Positions 1-12,644 of a stretch of DNA of 64,000 nt are shown piece by piece (position 1 is the first letter of the stretch; each line of letters begins with the position of its first letter). The stretch covers positions 13,111,722-13,175,721 of the forward strand of contig NC_057720.1 in assembly GCF_004010195.1 (NCBI RefSeq), read 5' to 3'. The stretch is from Chiloscyllium plagiosum. Lineage: Eukaryota. A program made the translations under genes and the position numbers. The notes under the pieces are model-generated. The model was not told the origin of the DNA and searched no databases. It worked only from the letters and a program-made list of their open reading frames with translations.

Positions 1-220
1 TGCCCCCTGTCCCCGCCACTCCATTGACGATGTCCGTCAAATCAGTGGGCAAAACCCTACAACCTTCTCATCTCTGATTATTTTTCGGCGAAAAAAAATT
101 GAATTTCTTTCTCCCTCCCCCTTCAGTGTGTGATTTTCGTTTTAACTCCTCGGTTCCTTTCTTTGATTTTCTTGCCCCCACCAACCCCTTTCCCCTCCTG
201 CGTTATGTCTTGATAATTTC
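1..220 (+). promoter_or_regulatory. HS2ST1 proximal promoter / 5' leader
   Basis: CpG-containing, pyrimidine-rich sequence directly upstream of the ATG; GC-box-like CCCCGCC at 11-17; TGACG half-sites on both strands at 25-29 and 35-39. The TSS cannot be determined. Confidence 0.6.
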
Positions 221-344
221 ATGGGGCTACTAAGAATTATCATGCCGCCCAAATTGCAGCTTCTCGGGGTTGTGGCGTTTGTGATCGCGATGTTGTTCCT
301 GGAGAACCAGATCCAGAAGCTGGAGGAATCTCGGGGAAAACTGG
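221..344 (+). CDS. HS2ST1: Heparan sulfate 2-O-sulfotransferase 1, first coding exon (cytoplasmic tail, TM anchor, start of stem)
   Basis: Manual translation MGLLRIIMPPKLQLLGVVAFVIAMLFLENQIQKLEESRGKL+G matches the vertebrate HS2ST1 N-terminus as I recall it (MGLLRIMMPPKLQLLAVVAFAVAMLFLENQIQKLEESRSKLE). The exon is 124 coding nt and ends in phase 1 at a canonical G|GTAAGT donor. It is absent from the ORF track. Confidence 0.97.
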
Positions 345-350
345 GTAAGT
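345..350 (+). promoter_or_regulatory. 5' splice donor of HS2ST1 intron 1
   Basis: CTGG|GTAAGT consensus donor exactly where HS2ST1 homology stops. Confidence 0.95.
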
Positions 351-1317
351 CAAGACATTGTTTGTGGCATTAACATCCAACACACACCTTCCATGCCTCC
401 ACAAGGCTTTGTAGGTATTCAGATTGCAACTTAGGGGACGTTACCTTTTGTATTGTTTTGTCTGATGGCTCTTTAAAAGAAGACTCGCTGCCTAATCCTA
501 GAGTTTGAATGGTGCATTATGGCTTAAACAAGTCTCGCCCCTGTTCTGTGATATGCTCATTTCTGCGTGGTTTGCAAGAATAGCAGCTGGCAAAGACTAT
601 GATAGGCCTGTGCTGAATGGCTGGGGCCATTGTTTCCACTTGCAGATTTTCAGAAGGCTGCTTGTTATATTTTCTTCTGATGGTCACAATGCATGTGCAG
701 TTTAAATGGGGGTGGAAAGGGGTCAAGGCAAGGGCTGGTCACAATTGCAGTGCTTCGAATTACGGTGCATGTCTCACATGTATGTTATCATCTTGTAATT
801 CTTTAAGAGCTTCCACCTCGCCCCCCCCCCCCTCCCCCCAAAAAAAAGGTGGGAATTCAATTGAATTAGCCTACTGTACTGTTGGGAATTAGAATTGTGC
901 CCTTGTTTATCCAGTATGTGCATTTTTTTTAAAATAAAAAGTGCTTGTGTAAATTATAAATAACCATAATTCCAATTTGCAAGTTATTTGAGATGCCAAT
1001 TGCTCAGTTAGTGTCGATAAAGAATGTTAGCCCAACCATGGGAAAAACTGGAAGATCAAAATTATGAATTAGTACTTGAATTGAGGAAAGCAGGCAGACA
1101 AAGTAGTGTCTACTTAAAGGAGCAATTGAGGTTGTAAACATTTTTTTCTATGTAAATAAAGATTTTTTTATTTGTTGCTGTTTTATGTGCAGCATTTAAA
1201 ATACTGAGCAGTTAGAGGCAGTGTTGTCATGTCACATTTGAAAACGTTGCTGTCATTTACTGTTTAAGAATTGTTTTAGCTTCTGGATTGAGTGTAAGAC
1301 CTGTTCATGAGTCAGAG

Positions 1318-2010
1318 CAAATAGAGTCAGAGATGTACAGCATGGAAACAGACTCTTCGGTTCAACTCGTCCATGCCGACCAGATATCCCACCCCAATCT
1401 AGTCTCACCTGTCAGCACCCGGCCCATATCCCTCCAAACCCTTCCTATTCATATACTCATCCAAATGTCTTTTAAATGTTGCAATTGTACCAGCCTCTGT
1501 CACTTTCTCATTCCTGATGAAGGGCTTTTGCCCGAAAATTCAATTTTTCCTGCTCCTTGATTGCAGTCTGACCTGCTGTGCTTTTCCAGCACCACCCTAA
1601 TCTTGACACTCACTTCCTCTGGCAGCCCATTCCACACCATCCTCTGCGTGAAAAAGTTCTACCTTCGGTCTCTTATATCTTTGCCCTCTAGTTCTGGACT
1701 CCCCCACCCCAGAGAAAAGACTTTGTCTATTTATCCTATTCATGCCCCTCATGGTTTTATAAACCTCTATAAGGTCACCCCTCAGCCTCCGACCCTCCAA
1801 GGAAGACAGCCCTCGCCTACTCAACATTTCCCAATAGCTCAAATCCTCCAACCCTGGCAACAACCTTGTAAATCTTTTCTGAACCCTTTCAAGTCTCACA
1901 ACATCCTTCCGATAGGAAGGAGACCAGAACTGCACGTAATATTGCACAGTGGCGTAACCAATGTCCTGTACAGCCACAACACGACCTCCCAATTCCTCTG
2001 ACCGATAAAG
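1318..2010 (-). mobile_element. CR1 LINE 3' end (RT C-terminus and 3' UTR)
   Basis: ORF 1597-2019 VQFWSPSYRKDVVRLERVQKRFTRLLPG...RRLRGDLIEVYK is a CR1 ORF2 C-terminus; typical 3' UTR near 1318-1420. Confidence 0.92.
1507..1608 (+). mobile_element. Penelope pLTR fragment with degenerate hammerhead, inserted in CR1
   Basis: CTGATGAAGGGCTTTTGCCCGAAAATTC; flanked by an imperfect duplication TCACTT(T/C)CTC at about 1500-1509 and 1610-1619. Confidence 0.8.
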
Positions 2011-3548
2011 GATCAACATATGTGAAATGTGAATTGTTGCTTTAGAAAATTAGTTTAAACACATTTGACTTGAGACAGGCACTGACATTAAAAACCAATA
2101 ATGTACAGTAGTAGTAGAACCATCTATGAGAGGAATGTTGCAGAGCCGAGAAGCAGTGCATCAATCGGTGAAATTTAGAGGAAATTGTATTCAGCTGTAT
2201 GTTTTGCACCGCTTCCCTTACAGGAGCCAATTTAAGACTCAAAATAAGTCACTGGTTTAGATGAGAAGTGGTGCTTATGCTGTTAGGAAGGTGAAAATTA
2301 CTCGAGTGGAGAATGCAGATAGAAGAGAGTTGCGTCATCTTGTTTGAGTAATTTTAAATCTTAAATTTAGTTTGCTAAATGAATTGTGCATGATTTGAGC
2401 AATAGGTTGAATGAAGAATTACTTCATGCTCAGCTTTAATTTGATATTTACACAATGCATATGATTGATAACAGTCGAAAGCTCAATTGGAAGAATATAA
2501 TTTGTCGTCCCTTCTTTATTCTGGATATGGTATTTGTCAGTTATCAACAAATCTGTCAGTCAACTTCTTAAACACTCCAATTAATATTTTCCTTTATAGA
2601 ATATAATTCTTGGAATATTGGTGCGGGAATCTTAGGGGTTTTTTTACTTAAAAAATTGTTTGAAATATTTTTAAAGAAAATACTATATGTGGTGGAAACT
2701 GCTAACAATGAGCATTGCACTCCTGTAGCCAGATCTCAGGCTCCAAATGACCTTGTAATTTGCCTGAGCTTTATTTGAATTTCTGATTTGGGCTAAATTG
2801 CTGTTGAGTTTTTCACATGTGGTCCTGTTTGCTACACATTCTTGGCACTGACCTTTAAGATGTTTCATTTATTTTTCAAGAAATTTGACATGCAAGGTCC
2901 AGATTAATAAATGATGTTGAATTGCTGTAGTAAATGAATGGCTTGTCATTTTTGCTGCAGTTCAGTCCTTTGCTGCAAGATTGCTTTTGCTTTCTGCATC
3001 CTTTTCATGGGTTTGGTGACCAGGACAATTGGTCAAATGCACTAAATTATCTTTGGATCTTTATCTCCCTTTAGGAATTGCATTTCAAAAAATTTCTGAT
3101 GACGTGAATAGCAATAGAAATAATGCTTGCTCCAAGAGAATGCATTTTCCATTTTCTTCATTATCGTTGTGTAATCCTTTTAATTGTAGGATCCATTGTT
3201 TATTCTGTGGATGCTCATTCCTGACACACACAAGTCCCATCAGTCAAAAACTGCAGAAAATTAGATATTTATGCTGTCTTTATTGCTGAAGGATGGATAG
3301 AATGCTGTTGTGAATGCTTGTTTGCTGCAACACTCCACTTTTTTCTAAGTGACAATAATTAAAATTATTAAAAAGGTGTAAATAGTAAAACATTTCCATT
3401 ATTAAGAGATGCGGTCATCTAATGCCTTTGCTTCTCATTTGTGTTAAATTTTGCTGAGATTCAGTTGCTAATTATTTTCATATTTTCCAACAGTAAAACC
3501 TCAAGAGCTTGTATTTATTGAGGCGATGAAGTAAACTGTAAATAGTCA

Positions 3549-3771
3549 CAATCAAAAAGTGTGGAGCTGGAAAAAGCGCAGCAGGTCAGGTAGCATCCGA
3601 GGAGCGGGAGTGTCGATGTTTCGGGCATAAGCCCTTCATTTGGAATGATGAAGGGCTTATGCCCAAAATGTCGATTCTCCTGCTCCTCGGCTGCTGCCTG
3701 ACCTGCTGTGCTTTTTTCAGCGCCACACTTTTTGTCTCTGATCTCCAGCATTGTAGTCCTCACTTTCTCCT
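3549..3771. mobile_element. Fold-back Penelope pLTR mini-element
   Basis: Two inverted copies of the pLTR end meeting at about 3645; 13-bp TSD CTGTAAATAGTCA at 3536-3548 and 3770-3782. Confidence 0.88.
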
Positions 3772-3774
3772 GTA

Positions 3775-5865
3775 AATAGTCATACAGCCTAGAAACAGAC
3801 CCTTCGGCCCAACATGTTCATAATAACTAGGTTTCCTAAACTGAACTAGCCGTATTTGCCGGTGTTTTGCCCATATCCCTCTTAATCCTTCCTTTCCAGC
3901 CCAAATGTCTTCTGGAGCATCATAATTGTACCTGCATCTACCACTTCCTCTGGTAGCATGTTCCATATATGTACTACCCTCTGTGTGAAAAAGTTGCCCC
4001 TTGACTCCCTTTTAAATCTTTCTCCTTTCAACTTAAACCTATGCTCTCTAGTTTTGGACTTCCCCCGCCCTGATGAAAGGACCTTGGCTATTCACCATAT
4101 CTATGCCCTCATGATTTTGTAAACCTCTTAAGGTCACCCTGTGCTTCGGGTGAGGAACTGGTCCCTGCCTCCTCTTATAACTCAAACCCTCCATTCTCTG
4201 TAACATTCTTATAAATTCTTTTTGCAGCCTTTCAGGTTTAATAAAATCCTTCACAGAGCAAGGTGAACTGAATTGTAAGCAGTACTCCAAATGTACCCTG
4301 ATCAATGTCTTGTACAGCCGTAACATCATGTCCCAACTCCTGTACTCAGTGCCCTGACCAAAGAAGGCAAACATATCAAACGCTTTCTTCACCACCTTGT
4401 CTATCTGTGACTCCACTTTCAAGGAACTGTATACCCTCACTATGTCTCTTTGTTCAACAACGCTCGACAGGGTCCTACTATTAACTGTAAGTCCTGCCCA
4501 GGTTTGTCATGCCAAATACCTTAACATTTATCTAAGGTAAACTTTAATTGCTGTTCCTCCTTCCACTGTCCGACTTGATCAAGATCCTGTTGGCCTCTTA
4601 GATAACGTTCTTCACTGTCCATTATATCTACAATTTTGTAAACTTGTCAACCATGCCTCCTATATTCTTATCTAAATCTTGTATATAAATGACGAGCAAC
4701 AGTGGGCCCAGCACTGATCCTTGTGGCACACCGCTGGTAACAGGCTTCCAGTCTGAACAATAACACTCTACCGCCACCCTCTGACTTCTACTGTCAAGCG
4801 AATTTTGTATCCAGTTGACCAGATCTCCCTGGATCCCATGTGATCTAATTTTACTAACCACTTAACCATGCGGAACCTTGTCGAAGGCCTTGCTAATGTC
4901 TTTGTAGACAACATCTGCTGCTTTGCTTTCATCTAACTTCTTGGTCACCTCCTCAAATAAACTAAATCATGTTTGTGAGCCACAATTTCTTACACACAAA
5001 GCCATGCTGACTATTGCTAATCAGTCTTTGCCTATAAATGCATATAAATCCTGTCTCTCAGCTGTCCAGCAACTTACCTACCACTGATGTTAGGTTCATC
5101 TGTCTGTGGCTCCCTGGCGCTTTTCCCTCATGCAGCCTTTCTTAAATAATGGCATAACATTAGTTATCTTTCAGTCTTCTGGCACCTCATCCGTGACTGT
5201 CAATGATTTCAATATCTCTGCCAGGTACACTGCAATTTATTCCCTGGCTTCCCACAATGTCCTGGGATAAACCTGATCATGCCCTGTGGATTTATCTCCT
5301 TTTCTGTGTTTGAAGACCTCCAGGATCTCCCCTTCTGTAACGTGGAATCTTTTCAAGACATGACTATTTATTTCACCAAGTTCCTTTGCTTCAATACCTT
5401 TTCTCTACCGTAAATATTGACGTGAAACATTAATTTAGGACCTCACTCGTCTGCTGTGGTTCCTCACATTGATGGTCCTGTTGATTTTGCTCTTAATATA
5501 CTTGTACTATTTTGCCCTTAATAATAATAGTGGAATCTCTTTGGGTTCTCCTTAAACTTATCTGCCAAAGCTATCTCATGTTCACTACTTGTCTTCCTGA
5601 TTTCCCCCTTAAGTGTACTCCTATAATTCCTATACTTCTCAAGGGATTCACTTATCCCAGCTGTCGATACCTGATATATGGCACCTTCTTTTCCTTGACC
5701 AGAGCCTCAATATTGCTAGTCGTCCAGTATTCCCTACTCCTACCAGATTTACCCTACACACTAACAGAAATATGCTGTCCGTGAACTCTCATTATCTTGC
5801 TTATGAAAGCCTCCGACTTATCAGCTGTCCCTTTACCTGTGAACAGCTGACCCCAATCAACTTTT
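3775..5865 (-). mobile_element. CR1 LINE, decayed ORF2 RT and 3' end
   Basis: ORF pieces [20 protein letters not shown] and LYKTLIRVHLEYCLQF, with frameshifts. Confidence 0.92.
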
Positions 5866-6034
5866 AGTTTAATCTGTTTTCAACAGAATCTGGTAGCATC
5901 TCAGTCATTCACTTTACTAACCATTCAATTACTTTTTAGTGTAGGTGTAATATTTCCATATTTTCTTTGTCAATTGTTATAACTGATTCTGTTTTGTAAT
6001 TTTATTCTGTATGTTTATTAATTAGGAAACCAAT

Positions 6035-6990
6035 TTAGAGTAATAGAGATGTACAGCACAGAAACAGACCCTTTGGTCCAACTCATCCATGCCGACCAGA
6101 TATCCTTAGCTAAACTAGTCCCATTTGCCAGCACTTGGTCCATACCCCTCTTAAACCCTTCTTATTCATAATCCCATCCTGATGCCTTTTAAATGTCGTA
6201 ATTGTACTAGCCACTACCACTTCCTCTGGCAGCTCATTCCATACACACACCACCCTTTGCATGAAACAGTTGCCCCTTCAGGTCCCTTTTAAATCTTTCC
6301 CCTCTCATCCTAAACAGCTATGCCCTGTAGTTCTGGACTCCCCCCAACCCAAGGGAAAAAGCTGTGTTTATTTACCCTATTGATGCCCCTCATGACCGTA
6401 TAAACTTCTATAAGGGAGTTTATAAAATCATGATAGGCATAGATATGATGAATAGCCAAGGTCTTTTCCCCAGGGTAGGGTCTTCCTTATCTTCCCACAA
6501 TGTCATGGGATGCAGTTGATCAGGTTGTGGGCATTTATCTACCTTTATATGTTTGAAGACCTCCAGTGATGTGTTCCTCCACGCCCACCCCCAACCTCAT
6601 TTTTTTTTTCAAGACATCATTATTTGTTCCATTAAGATCCCTAACTTCCATGCCCTTTTCCACATTAAAAACTGACATGAAATATTCATTTTGTATCTCA
6701 CTCCTCTCCTGTAGTTCCATACATAGACTGCCTCATTGATCATTAAGGGACCCTGTTTTTTCCATAGTTCCTCTTTGCCCTGAATGTATTTGTAGAATCT
6801 CTGGGCTCTCCTTAACCTTAACTGCTAAAGCTAATCACTTAATATTCCTGATGGAATTCAGGAAAAATGTCCTTTTCCAGAGAGTGAGTAGCATGTTTAG
6901 GATCTGGCATTGATATCAACCATGATTGAATCGTGAAGCGGACATGATGGATCAAATAACCAAATTCTATTCCCATATCTTATGGTCCAA
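6035..6990. mobile_element. Cluster of CR1 fragments (mostly minus, short plus-strand pieces)
   Basis: CR1 3' UTR at 6040-6410 (minus), an inverted piece at about 6415-6480, ORF2 linker (EIQNEYFMSVF) at 6480-6840, and a plus-strand 3' tail at 6850-6985. Confidence 0.8.
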
Positions 6991-7127
6991 ACTGTAAATG
7001 CATTAAAAGGAAAGCTGGAAAGTATTCTGGTCATTAGTAGAATGTTCAGTTCTGAATCACAAAGCTGTGGTTTCACGTCACACTTCAGGGCATGAGCATA
7101 AATGTTGAGCTGACTGACCACTGTCAA

Positions 7128-8076
7128 TGTGCTGGAAAAGCACAGCATGTCAGGCAGTATCCCGAGAAGCAGGAGAATCTGCGTTTCGGGCATGAGTCCT
7201 TCATCAGGAATGAGGCTTATGGGGTGGGGGAGCTGAGAGATAAATGGGAGGGGGAGCGGGGCTGGAGGGGAAGATAGCTAGGAATGCAATAGGTAGACGC
7301 CGGTGGGGGAGAAGGTGATAGGTCAGAGAGGAGGGGGGAGCGGATCGATAGGAAAGACGATGTACAGGTAAAGAGGGTGGTGCCAAGTCGGAGACTGAGA
7401 CTGGGACTGGGATAAGGTAGAGGGAGGGGAAATGCGGAAACTGGTGAGACTCCGAGATCTGTTGCATTTAGTTACCTCCACTCCCCCCACCTCACCCCTC
7501 CCATTTATCTCTCAGCCTCTCAGCCCGTAAACCTCATTCCTGAAGAAGGGCTTATGCCCGAAACGTCGATTCTCCTGTTCCCTGGATGCTGCCTGTCGAT
7601 TCTCCTGTTCCCTGGATGCTGCCTGACCTGCGCTTTTCCAGCAACACATTTTCAGCTCTTCCAAGGATGCCTACCTTGAAAAAGTTCTCTACTTCTCTCT
7701 ACAAGGATCTTAGTGAGTCTCACCAGTTTTCTCCTTTCCCCTTCCCTCAACTTATCCCAGTCCAAAGCCTCCAACTCAGCACCACCCTCTTGACCTGTCC
7801 ATCGTCTTTCCCATCTATCTGCCCCACCCTCTACTCTGACCCATCACCTTCTCCCCCACCTTTGTCTATCTATTGCATTCCCAGCTACCCCCCAGCCCCA
7901 CCCTACTCCCATTTCTCTCTCAGCCCCCCAGCTTACAAGCCTCATTCCTAATGAAGGGCTTATGCCCAAAACGTCGATTCTCCTGCTTCTCGAATGCTGC
8001 CTGATGTGCTGCGCTTTTCCAGCACCACACTCTCGACTCTGATATCCAGCATCTGCAGTCCTCACTTTCTCGTCCT
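7128..8076. mobile_element. Penelope pLTR complex: one inverted copy plus two tandem direct copies
   Basis: Minus pLTR 7128-7470, plus copies about 7475-7658 and 7720-8075; degraded TSD TGACCACTGTCAATGT (7115-7130) / TGACCGGTGTGAATGT (8077-8092). Confidence 0.85.
7536..7571 (+). ncRNA. Minimal type-I hammerhead ribozyme motif (PLE-associated), core intact
   Basis: ATTC-CTGAAGA-A-GGGC-TTAT-GCCC-GAAA-CGTC-GATT; stem I is imperfect. Confidence 0.75.
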
Positions 8077-8529
8077 TGACCGGTGTGAATGTCAAATTTT
8101 CTCTTCGTAGAAAGATGCAAAGTCAAAGTGTACACCCCGATTAAGTGTAGGTTAAAGGATCCTGTGAATTATTTTGAATAAGAGCAAGGAGGTTATCCCC
8201 AATATTTTGACCAATATTTATCCGTCAATCAACATCTAAAATGGCAGACACCATTCAATAAACTTCTGAAAACAGTGAATGAGTTTCTATGTTTCTGACA
8301 TGTCAACAGTAACTGCACTTCAAAAATGAAAAATTGGCTGTAATGCACTTTGAGATATCTAATGATCTTGAAAAGCAATATAGGTATGCAAATACTTCTT
8401 TCATTCAAGTATATGAAGGACAATGAAAAGATATTATGATGGGCACCATAAACACTGACATGGACTTGATGGACCAATTGGCCTGTTTTTCTGCAGCAAA
8501 TGCTTTGAGCAATATAAAACATCTTCAGC

Positions 8530-8790
8530 ACAAGGAAATATTGGGGCTGATAACCAAAAGCTTCACTAAAAAGGTAGGTTTTAAAGAACAACTTAAATGA
8601 GGAAGGAGAGAAGTTAGGACCATGAATTTCAGAGCTTAAAATTAGCTAGCTGAAGACATGGTTACCAGCAGTGAAAAGATAAAATTAAGATGTGCTAAAG
8701 TGTAATCCTGTGGGAGAGTGCAAACATCTTGAGCGTTGGAGTGCTACAAAGGTTACAGATAGGAAGGACTGAAGTGATTTGAAAATAAGG
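8530..8790 (-). mobile_element. Old L2-like LINE 3' fragment
   Basis: TAACCAAAAGCTT...AAAAAGGTAGGTTTTAAAGAACAACTTAAATGAGGAAGGAGAG resembles an antisense L2 3' region; similar pieces at about 10290-10550 and 12440-12640. Confidence 0.5.
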
Positions 8791-10140
8791 TTTCTGTGTT
8801 CACTATAGAATCCTTTTTGTGTCAGATTCAATTCAATGATAATGCAGTGAGGAGTTCAGTTATATCTATTATAAAATAGGTTTTACAATAAGCTAGACAG
8901 TCCCTTTTGAGAAGTTGTTGCTAAAGTTAACAATACTTCTGTGTTAAGCTGGGTCCCCTTACGAAGGAAAGAGAAAGTAGAACAAAATGTGCAATCCACC
9001 ATCCCTTTCAGAAGAAGTCATATTAAATCTAGCATACTGAACTGTATTGAAAGCATGATTAATGCCACTAGACAATAGGTTTTACTGTGATCAATATATT
9101 TTTTTAAAAAAACAAATGGTTTGAAATTGGGTAACATTATCATCTGCATATTTAAATGTCATTGTAAGCTGTAAGAGAATTTGAAGCTTTTATCAAGAGT
9201 TTCAGGGTAGCTATTAGGAAATCGGTTAAATGATGTCCTTAAATCTTTTTCTATATGAATCTCAATGGAGTTTCAGTGGTGTTGCTGTTGCAATGTAAGG
9301 TTACAATAAGCTGGGTCATTAGTCAACTAATGTCTGTCCTGAGACCTTCTAATTCTCAAGGTGCTTGTTATGTGAAAGAGGAATGGGTACTGATTGAGAA
9401 GGGGTCGAAAGAGAGAGAGAGAGAAATAATATGGAAGTGTTGTTATTTCTGCTTGAAACGTGTTGCTCCACAACCTCAGTAAATTTTGTTTGAACAAGAA
9501 ATCAGTTATGTCGAACTGTACTGCCTGAAAGAGTGAGGTAAAATGAATCTTGATGGTAGAAACAGCTGGTTTGTTAATGGGTTTGTGGAAATTAAAGGAA
9601 AAAAAGATGATGGGTATAATCTCCAGCTCTGTCAAAAGGAATCCATTGTATTACCATGCAACTTTTCTTTCCAGCTGCACTCAACCTTCCTCACTTAGTA
9701 AATACTTGATGGCAATCTCAGAAATAACTTGCTTTTATGTTGCAGTTTTTGAATCCTTGGCATGTCTTAAAGCATTTTGTAAGCACTGAAGTGTAGGCAC
9801 TAGTTTTGAAATACAGCATCTGTTGTTGTATCACTATTTTCTGAGGCAGGTCCAGATTGAACAAGGGAGCCTTCTTTTGTATTTAGCTATTTCTCTTTTG
9901 TTTCAACCTACTGTCAGCCTTAGAGGTCTCTACTATCTGCCTAATGGCCATGTCCTCCATTCCTTCCTCCCTCAGTCCTGCTAAGCCTATTTTATCATCT
10001 TTGCTAATTTAACAGCTTATGACACTTGTAGTATATTTGCTGACAAATATGAAGACTTCTAACAGTGCTGGTTTTTCACTTCTGGGAAATTGGTGTGGAT
10101 GATAAATCAAACTTGGAAGTATGTTGAGTAGAGAGTAGAG

Positions 10141-10233
10141 TTGAAAATGTGTTGCTGGAAAAGCGCAGCAGGTCAGGCAGCATCCAAGGAGCAGGAGAAT
10201 CGACATTTCGGGCATAAGCCCTTCTTCAGGAAT
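10141..10233 (-). mobile_element. Solo Penelope pLTR end with hammerhead motif (CpG-decayed)
   Basis: Reverse complement reads CTGAAGAAGGGCTTATGCCCGAAATGTCG; flanked by GAGAGTAGAG at 10131-10140 and 10252-10261. Confidence 0.85.
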
Positions 10234-12053
10234 GGCTCCAGGAATGGCTCAGAGAGTAGAGTGTTGATGCTAATGTAAAATTATTTAGGGCACAATCAGT
10301 TTAACAGTCGGTTGAGTGTAAAGAAAGTGAATGAATAGTGTTTGATGAGTATGTGGGAGGAGGAAACATTGCGGAGGTAACTGGAGAAAGAAAACCGGAG
10401 GAAAATGAGAGTTTGGGGGAAATTAGGCAATTGTCAATGTGCAGGTGAGAGAGAATGATGGAACAAGGTTTGTGTGAGAGCAAAAAGGGAATGGGACAAG
10501 ATATATGAGGAAGATGGCTAACCTTCAAGGATGAACAGCAAGAAGCATGATCTTAAGATGCTACTTTATTCCTAAACAGAATAACAGCAGATGAAGAATG
10601 AACAACATCTTTAATTTTGTTTTGGAAAAAATAATCTGAAGCTGTTAGCTGGAAATGTGGATCTTTTGAATTTGTGTACACACTATTTCCAGTTGCCATG
10701 CTTGGCAGAAAAAAAATCCAATAGACGAGCTGCAGTTTAACTGTAGTGTGTAACATTATTCTTTCACTCTGGACCTGAATAGATTTCAGCACTAGATGAT
10801 TTGGCTGGCTTTCTTGATGCATGAAAAGATCCAAGTTAATTGTCATCAGCTTCTTGCTGAAAGTATGCTCCCTTCACTTACCCTAACTAACAGTTTCATT
10901 CAAGCCTTAGTCGCAAACGCAGTATGATATCCAATAAAGACAACTCATTGAAGGTTTGAAGGGGTTAAGAATTAAATGAAACGCAAGATCTCACTACAGC
11001 AGATTTTCAGTTGACAGGCAAGTTAAGTCGAGAAGTAGGGTGCAGAGGGGAAAATCTATTGTGATTAATGGTATTGACTGATTAATGGTATGGTCTTTCC
11101 GCTCTACTTGTATACCCTGGTGGTTTGCAGAACAGTTAAAATAATTGCCAGGTCTAAATGTGAAGATAGTGTCAGTTTTTATACTGAATAGGGAATCTAA
11201 ATGACCTGTGTTAAGGAAACTGGTGAGGGAAACAAATCTGGAAATGTACATTCATTAAATGGCTGAGTATGCATATTTATGGTTCACTGATTTTGGACTC
11301 ATAATATTTAGCTGCATTCGTTTTACGACTCTACTTTGTGTGATTTTTGCTCTGTACTTAAACTGTTACAAGTTCTGATTTGAATGAACAAATTCATTCC
11401 CAGTCCTAGGAACAATTACAAACTGTATATCACTGGTAATATATTGTTCCAATATTAAATCAATTTTCTCTCAAATTCTAGATAACTAATAGGATTAATT
11501 TGCCCTTTAATTTACATGAACAACATTGAAAATGCTTGCCATTGATTGTTACATCATTTCACCATTCTTCATTATCAATCATGGAAAACTACTTCTGTTG
11601 GCAAATGAGAGCTAACACTAATAGGTTGAGAAGTGGTACTTGTGCCTTCAGAAAATTTGTTGCTTTTGTGTATCATGCACTCTTTCTTTTCTCTCTTTCC
11701 TTGGAAGAAGGAAAGCCGCAGGATTTTTAAATGCTGCTGTATCAAATGCTCAGACTGAATACTCTGACAGCAAAATTATGAGTATGTATACAATTTTAAC
11801 CAAGTCATGAGTTAAAATCTACACATTTTGTATTTTTGATGAATACGTTTTTTTAAACCTTCCATTTTTCAAAAATGTTTAGTACACTGGCTGTCGATGC
11901 TGCGGTTAAAAGAAATGTCATGGAAATGCTGTGTCTCACCAAGATCTTCCTTTAGGCAACGTACAATCCTCAATTGTTCATTTGAAATCATTGCTTGAAT
12001 GCTCTTTTTTTTTAAAAAAATTCTGGATGAACCGACTTGACACCATTGTAGAA

Positions 12054-12260
12054 GTCAAAAGTTTGGTGCTGGAAAAGCACAGCAGCATCTGAGGAGCAGG
12101 AAAATCGACGTTTCGGGCAAAAGCCCTTCAGACATTCTTGATGAAGGGCTTTTGCCCGTAATGTTGATTCTTCTCCTCAGTTTCTGCCTGACCTGCTGTA
12201 CTTTTCCAGCACCACTCTCTTAACTATAATCTCCAGCATCTGCAGTCCTTCCTTTCGCCA
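12054..12260. mobile_element. Fold-back Penelope pLTR mini-element
   Basis: Inverted arms meeting at about 12132; 13-bp TSD CACCATTGTAGAA at 12041-12053 and 12259-12271. Confidence 0.88.
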
Positions 12261-12644
12261 CCATTGTAGAAAAATCAGGCAACAGTTCAAAGTGAAACTT
12301 ATAGTCTCCTTTATGTAACAAGGGCAGATAATAAATGCACTCTTTTTTCAGCATTAGTCACACAGTGAGAGCAATTAATTGTTTGTATTGCATTTTTAAC
12401 ATAGTGAAACATGGTGCTATCCAGGAGCAGAATTAGAGGGAAACTTATTCTGACCGAAACTAGACAACAAAGTTGGAGGATTTAAGAAGCATCTTAATGG
12501 AAGAGGAGGTGATTTGAGGAAGACTGCTCCAAGCTCTGAATTGAACTTGAAGAAAACTTTGCTTTCAATGGTATGACAGAGAAATAAGAGGAAACAAAAT
12601 AGAAAGAAGTTGAATGAATGCAGGATTATTGGATGGCTGTCAGA

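Larger units (their letters stand above)
7025..8405 (+). mobile_element. Old DeuSINE (SacSINE1/AmnSINE1-like) split by a Penelope insertion (head about 7025-7130, body about 8090-8405)
   Basis: Deu-domain-like TAAAGGATCCTGTGAATTATTTTGAATAAGAGCAAGGAGGTTATCCCC...CCAATATTTATCC and tail ACAGTAACTGCACTTCAAAA...TTGGCTGTAATGCACTTTGAG, recognised from memory of the consensus. Confidence 0.72.

Noticed and set aside
819..848. C-tract followed by A-tract
   Set aside because: Low-complexity sequence with no supporting evidence of function.
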